This document shows, piece after piece, positions 50,526-60,040 of a DNA stretch of 64,000 nucleotides. The stretch comes from an uncultured Acidobacteriota bacterium (GTDB taxonomy: Bacteria; Acidobacteriota; Thermoanaerobaculia; Multivoradales; JAHEKO01). The position numbers were made by a program, and so were the translations under genes. How positions within the stretch are numbered: the first letter of the stretch is position 1; each line of letters starts with the position of its first letter. The stretch is from assembly GCA_963713825.1 (NCBI GenBank), contig CAVQNG010000001.1, positions 256,001-320,000 of the forward strand. Direction: 5' to 3'. The notes under the pieces are model-generated. The model saw only the letters and a list, made by a program, of their open reading frames with translations. It searched no databases and was not told the DNA's origin.

Positions 50526-50795
50526 CTACTTGCGGATGCCCAGTCGCTCGATTGTGGTGCGATAGCGCTCGAAGTCCTGCCTTTTCATATAGTCGAGCAA
50601 ACGTCTCCGCTGCCCGACGAGTTTGAGCAAGCCCCGTCGGCTGTGGTGGTCCTTGGCGTGAGTTTTGAAGTGCTCGGTCAGCTCGGTGATCCGATGCGTC
50701 AGAAGCGCCACTTGCACCTCGGGAGAGCCTGTATCGTTCTCGTGCAGGCGGGCCTCTTCAATAATCTGTGTTTTGACCTCTTTGGTCTGGGACAA
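50526..50795 (-). CDS. rpsO: 30S ribosomal protein S15
   Basis: [23 protein letters not shown]; TTG start 8 nt after AAGGAGG. Confidence 0.97.
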   Translation of the reverse strand: MSQTKEVKTQIIEEARLHENDTGSPEVQVALLTHRITELTEHFKTHAKDHHSRRGLLKLVGQRRRLLDYMKRQDFERYRTTIERLGIRK

Positions 50796-50873
50796 CGCTA
50801 CTTCCTCCTTGCTTCTCTAGACTTCTATCTTTCGCAAACAACGCATGCTAGCACAGCGCGCTCTTCGCGCGGA

Positions 50874-51782
50874 CTAGGAAAAAACGATCTTCGGTTGAAC
50901 CAATCCAACCTTGCCGCTGCCGATCCTCTCAGCGACTGTTCCGACGGCAATCAGTTGACCACGACGGTCGACGAGCTTCACCCAATCGCCTTCTTCACCA
51001 TCCAGGTCTCGGAACAGGGCGGACTGACCGTGAATGAGCCGCTTGGACTGTTGGCTGTCCGTTGCGAGCTCAGGGAAGGGGAGTGGTACCTGATCGATCG
51101 GAACCCACCCCTCCGCGGGGGTCTCGTTGGCTTCTGCCTGCAGGCTGAGATGTTCCAGTGTCACGGCCCGATCGACGTCAAACGGGCCCACCTTGGTTCT
51201 TCTCAGCTCGGCGAGATGAGCCCCACAACCGAGGGACTGACCGAGGTCGTGGGCCAGGCTTCGAACGTAGGTTCCTGACGAACACTCGAGTCGGAAGGGC
51301 AGAACACCTTCCTGCAGCGGTCCCGTAGCGGCCAACTCGTAGACTGTGATCTCCTTTTTCGACTCGGGAACCTCTTCGCCGCGGCGGGCCATTTCGTAGA
51401 ACTTCTCGCCCTTGAACTTCTTGGCACTGAAAGGTGGAGCGGCTTGATCGAGCGTGCCGACAAGCTCCTCCATGGCAGTGGTGACGATCTCGGTCTCGAG
51501 GTCGGCGATCGAGGCCTCGGCCGTGACTTCTCCGTGTCGGTCGTAGGTGTCAGTGGTGGCACCAAACCGAATCTCACCCTCGTAGATCTTCGGGGCTCGA
51601 ATCAGGAAGCGTGTCAATCGGGTGGCGCGACCCAGCGTGAGCACAAGGAGACCTGTCGCACCGGGGTCGAGTGTCCCACAGTGGCCGATCTTGCGCTGTC
51701 CAAGGATCCTGCGTACCTGCTGTACCACGTCATGCGAGGTGCAGTCGGGTTCCTTGTCGATTAGGAAGAGACCATCGTGCAT
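50874..51782 (-). CDS. truB: tRNA pseudouridine(55) synthase
   Basis: TSHDVV, GHCGTLDPGATG, TDTYD, CSSGTYVRSL. Confidence 0.96.
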   Translation of the reverse strand: MHDGLFLIDKEPDCTSHDVVQQVRRILGQRKIGHCGTLDPGATGLLVLTLGRATRLTRFLIRAPKIYEGEIRFGATTDTYDRHGEVTAEASIADLETEIVTTAMEELVGTLDQAAPPFSAKKFKGEKFYEMARRGEEVPESKKEITVYELAATGPLQEGVLPFRLECSSGTYVRSLAHDLGQSLGCGAHLAELRRTKVGPFDVDRAVTLEHLSLQAEANETPAEGWVPIDQVPLPFPELATDSQQSKRLIHGQSALFRDLDGEEGDWVKLVDRRGQLIAVGTVAERIGSGKVGLVQPKIVFS

Positions 51783-51786
51783 GAGT

Positions 51787-52764
51787 TCAACTCAGTGCCG
51801 CTTGAAGCTCGCCAACGACGGTCTGCCGCAGATCCTCGATGGGGCCGTCGGCCATGTAGCCAGCGGCATTCCGGTGGCCGCCTCCATCGTGCTGGCGAGC
51901 GATCTTCTCGACATCGATGTCACCGTGGCTTCGCAGTGAAACCTTGAACTGGTTCTTGTCCACTTGTCGAATCAACGCCACGGCGTCGACTCCCGCAATC
52001 GAACGAGGATGATCGATCAGGCCCTCGGTGTCGCTGGTCGAGGCACCTGCGCTGTTGAACATCTTCTGGGTGACGATCGCGGTAGCGACGCGCTCGTCGT
52101 GGATTTCTAGGGTCTTGAGCATTTCTCCGAGTAGGCGCAGAGCGGACTCTGGTTGACTCTCGTAGAGCCACTGAGATACCTGTTCGGGGCGGGCCCCTTC
52201 GGTGACGAGCGCCGATGCTGCGGCGAAGGCGGCTGGCGTCGAGTTGGCGAATCGAAAGCCCCCTGTGTCGGTCACCAGCGTCAGGTAGAGCGCAGTTGCG
52301 GTCTCCTGATCGAGGTTGACCATCAGCCCCTGGGACAGGCGATAGATCATCTCGCCGAGGGAGGGGGCGGCGGTGTCGATCCAGTTGACCTCACCGTAGT
52401 GCTCGTTGCCGAGATGATGATCAATATTGATGATCGGCATGTCGGCCAGTTGCTCTTCCAATCCACAGCGATCCAATGTCGGGCACTCGAGGACGATGAC
52501 GCCGTCGAATGCGTCTGGAAACCCAGCGGGTGGCTCGCTGCCGATGTGGATTCGATCGCTGCCGGCCAGGGAGCGGTAGAGCTTGGGTGGTTCGTCTCGG
52601 CTCCAGACGACGGCTCCCTTGCCGATCGCCCTCAGGATGCGAACCAGACCCAGTGACGAGCCGATCGCATCGCCATCGGGGTTGATATGGCTCGTAATGA
52701 CGTACCGGTGTCCGGCGCGGAGCCTTTTGAGGAGGTTCTCAGGTGCTTTCGTGTTCGTTGTCAT
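51787..52764 (-). CDS. nrnA: DHH/DHHA1 nanoRNase / pAp phosphatase
   Basis: HINPDGDA, IDHH, DTGGF, SLRS, GGGHRNAAG. Confidence 0.9.
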   Translation of the reverse strand: MTTNTKAPENLLKRLRAGHRYVITSHINPDGDAIGSSLGLVRILRAIGKGAVVWSRDEPPKLYRSLAGSDRIHIGSEPPAGFPDAFDGVIVLECPTLDRCGLEEQLADMPIINIDHHLGNEHYGEVNWIDTAAPSLGEMIYRLSQGLMVNLDQETATALYLTLVTDTGGFRFANSTPAAFAAASALVTEGARPEQVSQWLYESQPESALRLLGEMLKTLEIHDERVATAIVTQKMFNSAGASTSDTEGLIDHPRSIAGVDAVALIRQVDKNQFKVSLRSHGDIDVEKIARQHDGGGHRNAAGYMADGPIEDLRQTVVGELQAALS

Positions 52765-53098
52765 GAAGATTCTCCAACAGGTCGCTGATTTTCTGGCTGT
52801 ACTCTGGGCCACGGTCGAGTTCGAAGATCAACTCGGGAATGTTGCGCATTCTCTTCAGGTCCTTGGCGAGACAAGAGCGAATGAAGCCCTGGGCATGGCG
52901 CAGCGCTTGGACGCTGGCCTCGCGCTCGTCGTCCGTGCCGAGAGTGGATACCTGTACGACAGCCCGTTTCAAGTCTGGACTGACATCGACATCCGATACG
53001 GATGCCATTCGCACGCGAGGATCCTGAATACGACGCAGGATGATCTGCGAAATCTCGGTCCGCAGCAAGTCCTCCACTTTGTGGGTTCGTCGGCTCAT
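52739..53098 (-). CDS. rbfA: Ribosome-binding factor A
   Basis: IQDPRV, VDVSPDLK, IPELIFELD. Confidence 0.95.
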   Translation of the reverse strand: MSRRTHKVEDLLRTEISQIILRRIQDPRVRMASVSDVDVSPDLKRAVVQVSTLGTDDEREASVQALRHAQGFIRSCLAKDLKRMRNIPELIFELDRGPEYSQKISDLLENLHDNEHEST

Positions 53099-53388
53099 CC
53101 TGCGCTTTCTAGATACTGAGGCTCCCACGAGAGCAACAGGGCTCCCGGTGTGTCCTCGACGAGATTTCTGATGCCCTGCATCATGCGCTCCATCTCGGAC
53201 CGGGAGCGATGAACGGCTGCTATGGCGATCTCGGCCCGCTGATGCAGGTCATGGTAATCGGTCTCGGCGATAGAGACACGATAGCGATGATGAATTCTTT
53301 CCATGATGCCTTTGATGATCCGCCGTTTCTGCTTGAGACTACGCCCCTCCGGAATGTGAAGCTCGAAGACTGAGATGACGACCACCAT
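53095..53388 (-). CDS. DUF503 (YlxP-like) protein
   Basis: SLKQKR, VSIAE...DLHQRAEI; usual position between infB and rbfA. Confidence 0.88.
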   Translation of the reverse strand: MVVVISVFELHIPEGRSLKQKRRIIKGIMERIHHRYRVSIAETDYHDLHQRAEIAIAAVHRSRSEMERMMQGIRNLVEDTPGALLLSWEPQYLESAG

Positions 53389-53515
53389 GTTGACACCGGA
53401 TGGCGCCCTGCCGGACGAAACGCCCTTCTACGTCGTGTGTTGCCGGTAGAAGTCCCTACTTCTGGCTCGAGGAGCCCCTCGGTAGCGATGCGTCGCTTGG
53501 AGAGCGCTACCCGCT

Positions 53516-55960
53516 TCAGAGAGTTGGTGCGACCTCTTCTTGGATAAATGCCTCGATTGTGTCTCCCGGCTTGACGTCCTGGTAACGGTCCAGGCGGATG
53601 CCGCAATCGAAACCGGTTCGAACTTCGGATACGTCATCCTTGAAGCGTCTCAGGGAGCCGATCTTGCCCTCGTAGACCACGATATTGTCCCTCAAGAGCC
53701 GTACCGACGCGCTGCGAGGGATCACTCCCTCGACGACATGACATCCAGCGACCACACCCAGTTTCGGCACACTGAAGGTATCGCGGACCTCCGCGCGCCC
53801 TGTCTGCACCTCCTTGAAGGTGGGTTCCAGCAATCCCACCATGGCCTTGCGGATCTCATCACTCAGCTCATAGATCACGGTATGGAGTCGAATGTCGACT
53901 TCTTCCTTGTCAGCCAGATCGGTCGCCTTGCGTTCAGGTCGCACGTTGAAGCCGACCACGACCGCCCCCGATGCTGAGGCAAGGATGACATCGTCGGTTG
54001 TAATGGCGCCAACTGCAGCGCGAATCACCTGCAGCTTGACCTGGTCGGTGGAGAGCTTGCCGAGCGTGTCTCGAAGAACCTCGACGGAGCCTTTGACATC
54101 CGCCTTGAGGACGATTGGTAGCTCCTTGATCTCGCCTTGCTGAATCTGGCTGAACAACTGCTCGAGAGAGGTCTTGCCGATGCTCGGTGCGAGCTCTCGT
54201 ATCCGCTGCTCATGGTGTCGGAACTCCGAGATGGCGCGGGCCTTGGCCTCCTCTTCGACGATCTGGAAGAGGTCCCCAGCCTCCGGAACGTCTCCGAATC
54301 CCGTCACCTCGACGGGCGTGGCTGGGCCTGCTTCCTGAATCTTCTCGCCCCGGTCGTCCATCATGGAGCGGATGCGGCCCCACGTGGCACCGGCCACGAA
54401 GATGTCACCGCGCCTCATGGCACCGTTCTGAATGAGCACGGTAGCAACGATGCCTCGACCGACCTCCTTGCGGGCTTCGAGAACCACGCCCTGCGCCGGA
54501 AGGTCCGGATTGGCTTTGAAATCGGCCAATTCGGCGGTCAAGAGGATCATCTCCATCAACTCGGGTATGCCCTCATTCTTGAGAGCAGAAATAGCAACGG
54601 AGACTGTCTCACCGCCCCAATCCTCGACGGCCAGGTCGTGCTCGGCAAGCTCCTTCTTGACGCGATCGGGGTTGGCGTCCGACTTGTCTATTTTGTTGAT
54701 TGCGACGAGTATCGGTACGCCAGCAGCTCGGGCGTGGTCGATGGCCTCGACGGTCTGGGGCATGACGCCATCGTCAGCGGCTACTACGAGAACCACGATG
54801 TCGGTTGCTCTTGCGCCCCGGGCGCGCATCATGGTGAAGGCTTCGTGACCTGGTGTATCCAGAAAGACGATCTTCTTGCCGTTGACATCGACCCGATAAG
54901 CACCGATGTGCTGGGTGATGCCGCCGAACTCGCTTTCGGTGATTTTCGACGATCGAATGGCGTCGAGGAGTGTGGTCTTGCCGTGGTCGACGTGCCCCAT
55001 GATCGTCACTACCGGGGCTCGCGGAGAGGTAGCGGCTTCTTCCTCATCGAGCTCCAGTGTCTGCTCCTGCTGGAGCTGCATCTCTTCCTCGAAGGTGACC
55101 TCCGTGGCTTCAATACCATGCTGTTCGGCGATCTCGAGAGCGAGCTCGGTCTCCAAGACATGGTTGATGGTGGCCATGATGCCGCGCCTGACGAGAACCT
55201 GAATGAGGTCTTTGGCCTTGACGCCCAGCTTGTCGGCGAACTCACGGACCGTCATGCCCTCGGAGAGGGTGATTGGCGAATCGGGGGCCGTCGTCTTGAA
55301 GGTCAGAACCTGGCCGGCGCCAGCGCCCTCCTGCTTCCGACGCTCGGCCCGGCGCTCACTACGGCCCTTCGACAGGTCGACTCTGCCTACGACCCTTCTC
55401 GCGCCCTTGACCGGTGCAACCGTAGCTCTGGGGGTCTCGATTGGGGTTGTCTCCGTCGTCGGCGCCTCGGCGCCACTTGCGGAGGTCTCCTTGCCGACAG
55501 CGGAGTCGATAGTCTTTGCTCCGACGGCAGGATCGGCCGGAGCGGTGGTCGAGGTCGCCTCTTCAGAGAGCGTTACCTCAGGAGGAACGGGAGTCGTCTC
55601 GACCGGCGGCTTGTCGACCTTCGGCGGCTCGGTAGTCGGTAGCGTCTTGATCCGAGGCTCTACCCTCTGAATCATGGGTCGGCGGCGACCCGGACGAACC
55701 GGGCTGGTAGGCATTCTTCTCGGCGCCGGTCTGCGTCGAACGGTCGTCGTCGTGGCGCTCGCCTTGGCCTCCTCGTCCCTGAGAATGACCTCGCGAGGCT
55801 GTGGAAGCCTCTTGCCCTCCAGGATGGCTTGAATAACACCGGTGTCGATCTCGGGGTTCTCTTCATCCAGGCGGACGCCAATGGACTTCAGCTTGAACAG
55901 GAGGTCCTGCTCCGGAACGCCCATCTTCTGCGCCAGGTCTCTGACCCGAATCTTTCCCAT
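53516..55960 (-). CDS. infB: Translation initiation factor IF-2
   Basis: [39 protein letters not shown]. Confidence 0.98.
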   Translation of the reverse strand: MGKIRVRDLAQKMGVPEQDLLFKLKSIGVRLDEENPEIDTGVIQAILEGKRLPQPREVILRDEEAKASATTTTVRRRPAPRRMPTSPVRPGRRRPMIQRVEPRIKTLPTTEPPKVDKPPVETTPVPPEVTLSEEATSTTAPADPAVGAKTIDSAVGKETSASGAEAPTTETTPIETPRATVAPVKGARRVVGRVDLSKGRSERRAERRKQEGAGAGQVLTFKTTAPDSPITLSEGMTVREFADKLGVKAKDLIQVLVRRGIMATINHVLETELALEIAEQHGIEATEVTFEEEMQLQQEQTLELDEEEAATSPRAPVVTIMGHVDHGKTTLLDAIRSSKITESEFGGITQHIGAYRVDVNGKKIVFLDTPGHEAFTMMRARGARATDIVVLVVAADDGVMPQTVEAIDHARAAGVPILVAINKIDKSDANPDRVKKELAEHDLAVEDWGGETVSVAISALKNEGIPELMEMILLTAELADFKANPDLPAQGVVLEARKEVGRGIVATVLIQNGAMRRGDIFVAGATWGRIRSMMDDRGEKIQEAGPATPVEVTGFGDVPEAGDLFQIVEEEAKARAISEFRHHEQRIRELAPSIGKTSLEQLFSQIQQGEIKELPIVLKADVKGSVEVLRDTLGKLSTDQVKLQVIRAAVGAITTDDVILASASGAVVVGFNVRPERKATDLADKEEVDIRLHTVIYELSDEIRKAMVGLLEPTFKEVQTGRAEVRDTFSVPKLGVVAGCHVVEGVIPRSASVRLLRDNIVVYEGKIGSLRRFKDDVSEVRTGFDCGIRLDRYQDVKPGDTIEAFIQEEVAPTL

Positions 55961-56008
55961 TTCCTATGAAGCTCCCCTGTACCGTTGTCTATGCATTTCG
56001 ATCCGGCT

Positions 56009-57551
56009 CTATTCTTCTGCGGTCTGTTTGTCAGCGGCCGGATCTTCGGCGCTCGTTGGAGACTCTTCCGCCGGCTCCTCGGACTCGGCGAGCGCGGTGG
56101 CATCGGCTTCGCTCTTCTCAGCCTCGGCAAGTGCCTGGCTCAGGGCAGCCATGAAGTCGTCTCCCTCGTCCATGACTGCTGCGGCGAGCTCGGGCTCGGC
56201 GGCTCCATCTCCGTCTTGAGTGGGCACCTTGCTCAGGCTCTCGGCCTGATCGGCGGCCCAGGCCAGGATGGCTTTTGCGGTCTTGGGTCCGACACCTTCG
56301 ACGGCTTCGAGTTGCTCTGGCGCCGCGGCCAGCAGAGACCTCGAGGTCGCCGAATCCAGCCTCCTCGAGCTTCAAGGCCATCTTGGCGCCGACGCCAGGA
56401 GCGGACTTGATCGAGAACTCGGTGGCGCCCCCTTCGGGCATTTCCTCAGAAATCGCAGTTTGCAGGAGGTTGGCGAGCGCCCCGGCGACCTCGTCCTTGA
56501 TGTCGCTTTCACTCTTGATCTCGATCTGCGAACCGAGCAGCTCGGCTGCAAGGCGAACGTTCTGCCCTCGCTTTCCGATTGCCAGCGACAGCTGCTCGTC
56601 TTCGACAATCACATCGAGATGGGGCACCTCACCATGATGTGTGACTGAGACGCGAGTGATCCTGGCAGGAGCCAAAGCGCTTTGTGCGAATGTAACCAGG
56701 TCATCGCTGTGCTCGATGATGTCGATCTTTTCGCCGCGCAGCTCGCGAATGATGGACTGCACCCGGGAGCCCTTCATGCCAACGCAGGCACCGACAGGGT
56801 CGACGTCGCGCTCGCGACTGACGACCGCGACCTTGGCACGCTCACCCGGTGCGCGAACGGCCGCCTTGATCTGTACAGTGCCGTCGTAGATCTCGGGCAC
56901 CTCCATCTCGAAGAGCTTGACGAGCAATCGGGGATCGGTGCGGGAGAGGACCACCTGCGGCCCCTTCGGCTGCTGATGGACTTCGACGATGACGGCGCGA
57001 ATCCGTTCGCCCTGACTGTAGCGCTCATGACGGGCCTGCTCGCCGCGTGGAACGACAGCTTCGGTTCGACCAAGATCGACGATGATGTCGCCGCGCTCGA
57101 ATCGTTTGACCGTACCGTTGACCACCTCCCCGACACGATCGATGAACTCGTTGTAGATCTTTTCCCGTTCGGCTTCCCGAATCCGCTGATAGAGAACCTG
57201 TTTGGCAGATTGAGCCGCGATCCGGCCGAGTCCTTCCGTTGAGATGGGGATATGGATCTCATCGCCGACCTCAGCGTCCGCCTGATGATCCTGGGCTTCC
57301 TCGACAGTCCACTCCGAAAGAGGATCCTCGACTTCTTCGGCGACTGTCTTGACGATAAAGGCCGCGAACTTGCCAGTTTCGGGATCGAATGTCGAGCGCA
57401 CAGGTGCTTTGATTCGGTGCTGCTTCTTGGCTGCAGAGGCCATCGCATCCTCGAGGGCCGATATCCAGCGCTCGTAGTCGATGTCCTTCTCTCGCGCTAC
57501 CTGTTTGAGGACTTCGCTGAGGTTCACTTCAGCTGTCGGTGCTTGTGCCAT
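56009..57551 (-). CDS. nusA: Transcription termination factor NusA; apparent 1-nt insertion at 56339-56340 (as written the frame stops at 56118)
   Basis: GRIAAQSAKQV, DPVGACVGMKGSR, AIGKRGQNVRLA. Removing one base restores a tandem HhH and an acidic tail. Confidence 0.92.
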
Positions 57552-57563
57552 GTCAATCTGTTC

Positions 57564-58031
57564 CTAGAGTTCCGGCTCGAGGCGAGTCAGTTCAACGTGT
57601 TGCAGTGAGATGTTGAGGCTCTCACCGGTGGACGCTTCTTTCACTGCGACCTCTTTACCATTCTGGTCGAAAGCTTCCAGAGTACCCACTGTAGTCGTCT
57701 TGCTATTCGTAGCAGGATCACGCCAAGTGATCCTGACCTTGCTCCCGAGGTATTTGTCGTAGTCGTCTTGGCTGTAGAACTTGCGGTCTAGGCCGGGCGA
57801 GCTGACTTCGAGAAGATATCGACTGCTGCCGAATGCGGCCACGTCGAGAAGGGCCGAGGCATGTCGCGACACCGTTTGGCAATCGTCGACGGTGACACCC
57901 TCCGTTCGATCGATGATGAGTCGCAGCACACTACCTTGGAACTCACAGTCCAAGAGCGTGCAGCCGGACGCTTCGGCGGCGTCGGCCAGGTCATCCAGGA
58001 GTCCTGGATCGAGAGGGCTCGATGCATTCAT
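57564..58031 (-). CDS. rimP: Ribosome maturation factor RimP
   Basis: LRLIID...VTVDDC..VSR, YLLEVSSPGLDR. Confidence 0.95.
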   Translation of the reverse strand: MNASSPLDPGLLDDLADAAEASGCTLLDCEFQGSVLRLIIDRTEGVTVDDCQTVSRHASALLDVAAFGSSRYLLEVSSPGLDRKFYSQDDYDKYLGSKVRITWRDPATNSKTTTVGTLEAFDQNGKEVAVKEASTGESLNISLQHVELTRLEPEL

Positions 58032-58061
58032 CTACTTTCTCTGAAGCTCTTTTTAGGCAAC

Positions 58062-58091
58062 AAAAAAAGTGAGTGAACCACCCACTCACTT
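58062..58091 (-). promoter_or_regulatory. rimP leader: terminator-like attenuator hairpin
   Basis: Minus strand AAGTGAGTGGG-TGG-TTCACTCACTT running into a T7 tract, between the promoter and the rimP start. Confidence 0.75.
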
Positions 58092-58117
58092 CGTCGCCTG
58101 ACAAAGCCAGCACCGAG

Positions 58118-58146
58118 AGTATAGTCGATCGTTCGGCAGTCTTCAA
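58118..58146 (-). promoter_or_regulatory. Sigma70-type promoter of the rimP-nusA-infB operon
   Basis: TTGAAG-17 nt-TATACT on the minus strand. Confidence 0.7.
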
Positions 58147-58327
58147 GGCAGTCTAGGCCCCGCATGGTCGATCGGCGGTCGGCAGAACCGGAGTGCCCCC
58201 CATCAATCGCTCGTCGAGCGGACGCGGTTCGATCGGCTACCAGGCCTGTCGGCTTTGGGCTCTGCCACTTTGGCACTCTCTGTCTGAGAACGGTCGCCCG
58301 ATGGCTGCAATTGCAGGGTGCGGTGTC

Positions 58328-58343
58328 TGGCAAGATCTTTGCT
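58328..58343 (+). promoter_or_regulatory. Sigma54 (-24/-12) promoter upstream of degP
   Basis: TGGCAAG-ATCT-TTGCT matches TGGCACG-N4-TTGCW with exact GG/GC spacing. Confidence 0.7.
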
Positions 58344-58399
58344 AGACTTTCACTCAGTTGCTTCACACGATTGTGTGAGGAAAGGAGTCGCAACCGCAA

Positions 58400-59920
58400 A
58401 TGAAAGTACTGACGAAACAGAATCTGGTTACGCTGGTGGTCGTCTTCGGGGCGATCATCTTCGGTATGGTCCTGGCTGGTGGATTGGGACTTACCCCCAA
58501 GGGGCAAACCTCACCCGAGCCATCTCCCGCCACTCCCGCAGTGGCATCGGTCGCTGGCCAGAGCGCTGGTGGCCTGCCGAATTTCGCCGACCTGGCGGAG
58601 CTGGTCTCGCCGGCTGTTGTGACGATCGAAGCATCGACCTTCGAGCGCACCCGGGGAGGGCGGATGTCGGATCCCTTCGAGTTCTTCTTCGGGCCCCGGC
58701 GCCGTGAGCAGCAGGGGGAGCCCGAAGACGATGAGTTTCGATCGGATTCTGGCGGTAGCGGTTTCCTGGTTAGCGCGGACGGCCTGGTCGTAACCAACAA
58801 TCACGTTATTCGAGGGGCTGAGCAGGTTCGCGTGAGAATGGGCGACAGCGCCTATGACGCCGAAGTCAAAGGTGTGGATGCTGCGACTGATCTGGCGCTA
58901 CTGAAAATCGAGGCCGATGACGATTTACCTTTCCTTCCGCTCGGCGATAGTGACGAACTGCGGCCAGGCGATTGGGTCATGGCGATTGGAAGTCCTCTCG
59001 ACTTGGCCGATACGGTGACTGTCGGGGTGGTAAGTGCGAAAGGTCGGCGAATCAATATCAGTCAGGAGACGAGCTCTTTCGAGAGCTTCATTCAAACGGA
59101 CGCAGCGATCAATTTCGGCAATTCCGGTGGACCTCTGGTCAATCTGTCGGGGCTCGTAGTGGGGATCAACACGGCCATCAACTGGGGTTCGGAGAACATC
59201 GGATTCGCCGTGCCTGTCAATATTCTCAGGCAGGTACTACCCCAGCTGCGGGACCACGGGCGGGTGCGTCGGGGTTACCTCGGAATCGGTGTCAATGATG
59301 TGACCGATCGAGCTGCTGAGGCTTTCGGCCTCGAGTCGACCGATGGGGCCCTGGTGAGCAATGTCATTCCGGGCCTACCCGCTGACGTTGGAGGGCTGCA
59401 GGCCGGCGACATCATCTTGACGGTGGATGGCCGCCCGATAGCCAATACCCGCGAGTTGATCGACTATGTTTCGAATCAAGGTCCGGAGGCGACGGTCGAA
59501 GTGGAGATTCTGCGTGATGGGAAGCGCCTGGAGAAGTCCATCCAGCTCGCTGAGCGTCCTAACGAGACGGGCGAGGCCGAAGAGGAAGAGGGCTCTGAAG
59601 ATGCCGGCATCGAGTGGCTTGGCCTGCGATATCAAGACATCACCCCTGGACTGCGCTCCACGCACGGACTCCCGGAGGATGTGGTCGGCGTGTGGGTGAC
59701 CGAGATCTCGCCGCGCAGCCCCCTCTACGACGAGGGTGTTCGCTCCGGCCAGGTGATCAATGTCATCACCGAAGTGAATGGGCGTAGTGTCAGAGGTGTT
59801 GCCGAGTTCGAAGAGCTGGTGCGCGACGTAGAGTCGGGAAGTCGTCTGCGCCTCTATCTGCGAAGATTTGGGCGCGGCCAGGAGCTGCAGCCGCTGTTTG
59901 TTTTTCCAGCAGTTCCCTGA
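58400..59920 (+). CDS. degP: HtrA/DegP serine protease with two PDZ domains
   Basis: N-terminal signal/TM, GSGF, TNNHV, DLALL, QTDAAINFGNSGG, two PDZ-like segments; SD GGAG. Confidence 0.93.
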   Translation: MKVLTKQNLVTLVVVFGAIIFGMVLAGGLGLTPKGQTSPEPSPATPAVASVAGQSAGGLPNFADLAELVSPAVVTIEASTFERTRGGRMSDPFEFFFGPRRREQQGEPEDDEFRSDSGGSGFLVSADGLVVTNNHVIRGAEQVRVRMGDSAYDAEVKGVDAATDLALLKIEADDDLPFLPLGDSDELRPGDWVMAIGSPLDLADTVTVGVVSAKGRRINISQETSSFESFIQTDAAINFGNSGGPLVNLSGLVVGINTAINWGSENIGFAVPVNILRQVLPQLRDHGRVRRGYLGIGVNDVTDRAAEAFGLESTDGALVSNVIPGLPADVGGLQAGDIILTVDGRPIANTRELIDYVSNQGPEATVEVEILRDGKRLEKSIQLAERPNETGEAEEEEGSEDAGIEWLGLRYQDITPGLRSTHGLPEDVVGVWVTEISPRSPLYDEGVRSGQVINVITEVNGRSVRGVAEFEELVRDVESGSRLRLYLRRFGRGQELQPLFVFPAVP

Positions 59921-59946
59921 TTCAGCGCGATCTTTCGAGTGTGAAT

Positions 59947-59978
59947 GGGTCGGCCCCGGGAGGGGCCGGCCCTTTTTT
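59947..59978 (+). terminator. Rho-independent terminator after degP
   Basis: GGGTCGGCCCC-GGGA-GGGGCCGGCCC followed by TTTTTT. Confidence 0.9.
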
Positions 59979-60040
59979 GTGCAACTGCTCGGGGTCTCCA
60001 TTTCGGTGAGGAAGATCCGAGGTAAACTCGAATTGACATC

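Noticed and set aside
50796-50870. S15 autoregulatory leader upstream of rpsO
   Set aside because: Only short pairings (TTGC/GCAA, AGAT/GTCT) are visible, too weak to call without a covariance search.
58270-58296. CIRCE element upstream of degP (TTGGCACTC)
   Set aside because: Only a left half-site; no GAGTGCTAA at the 9-nt spacing.
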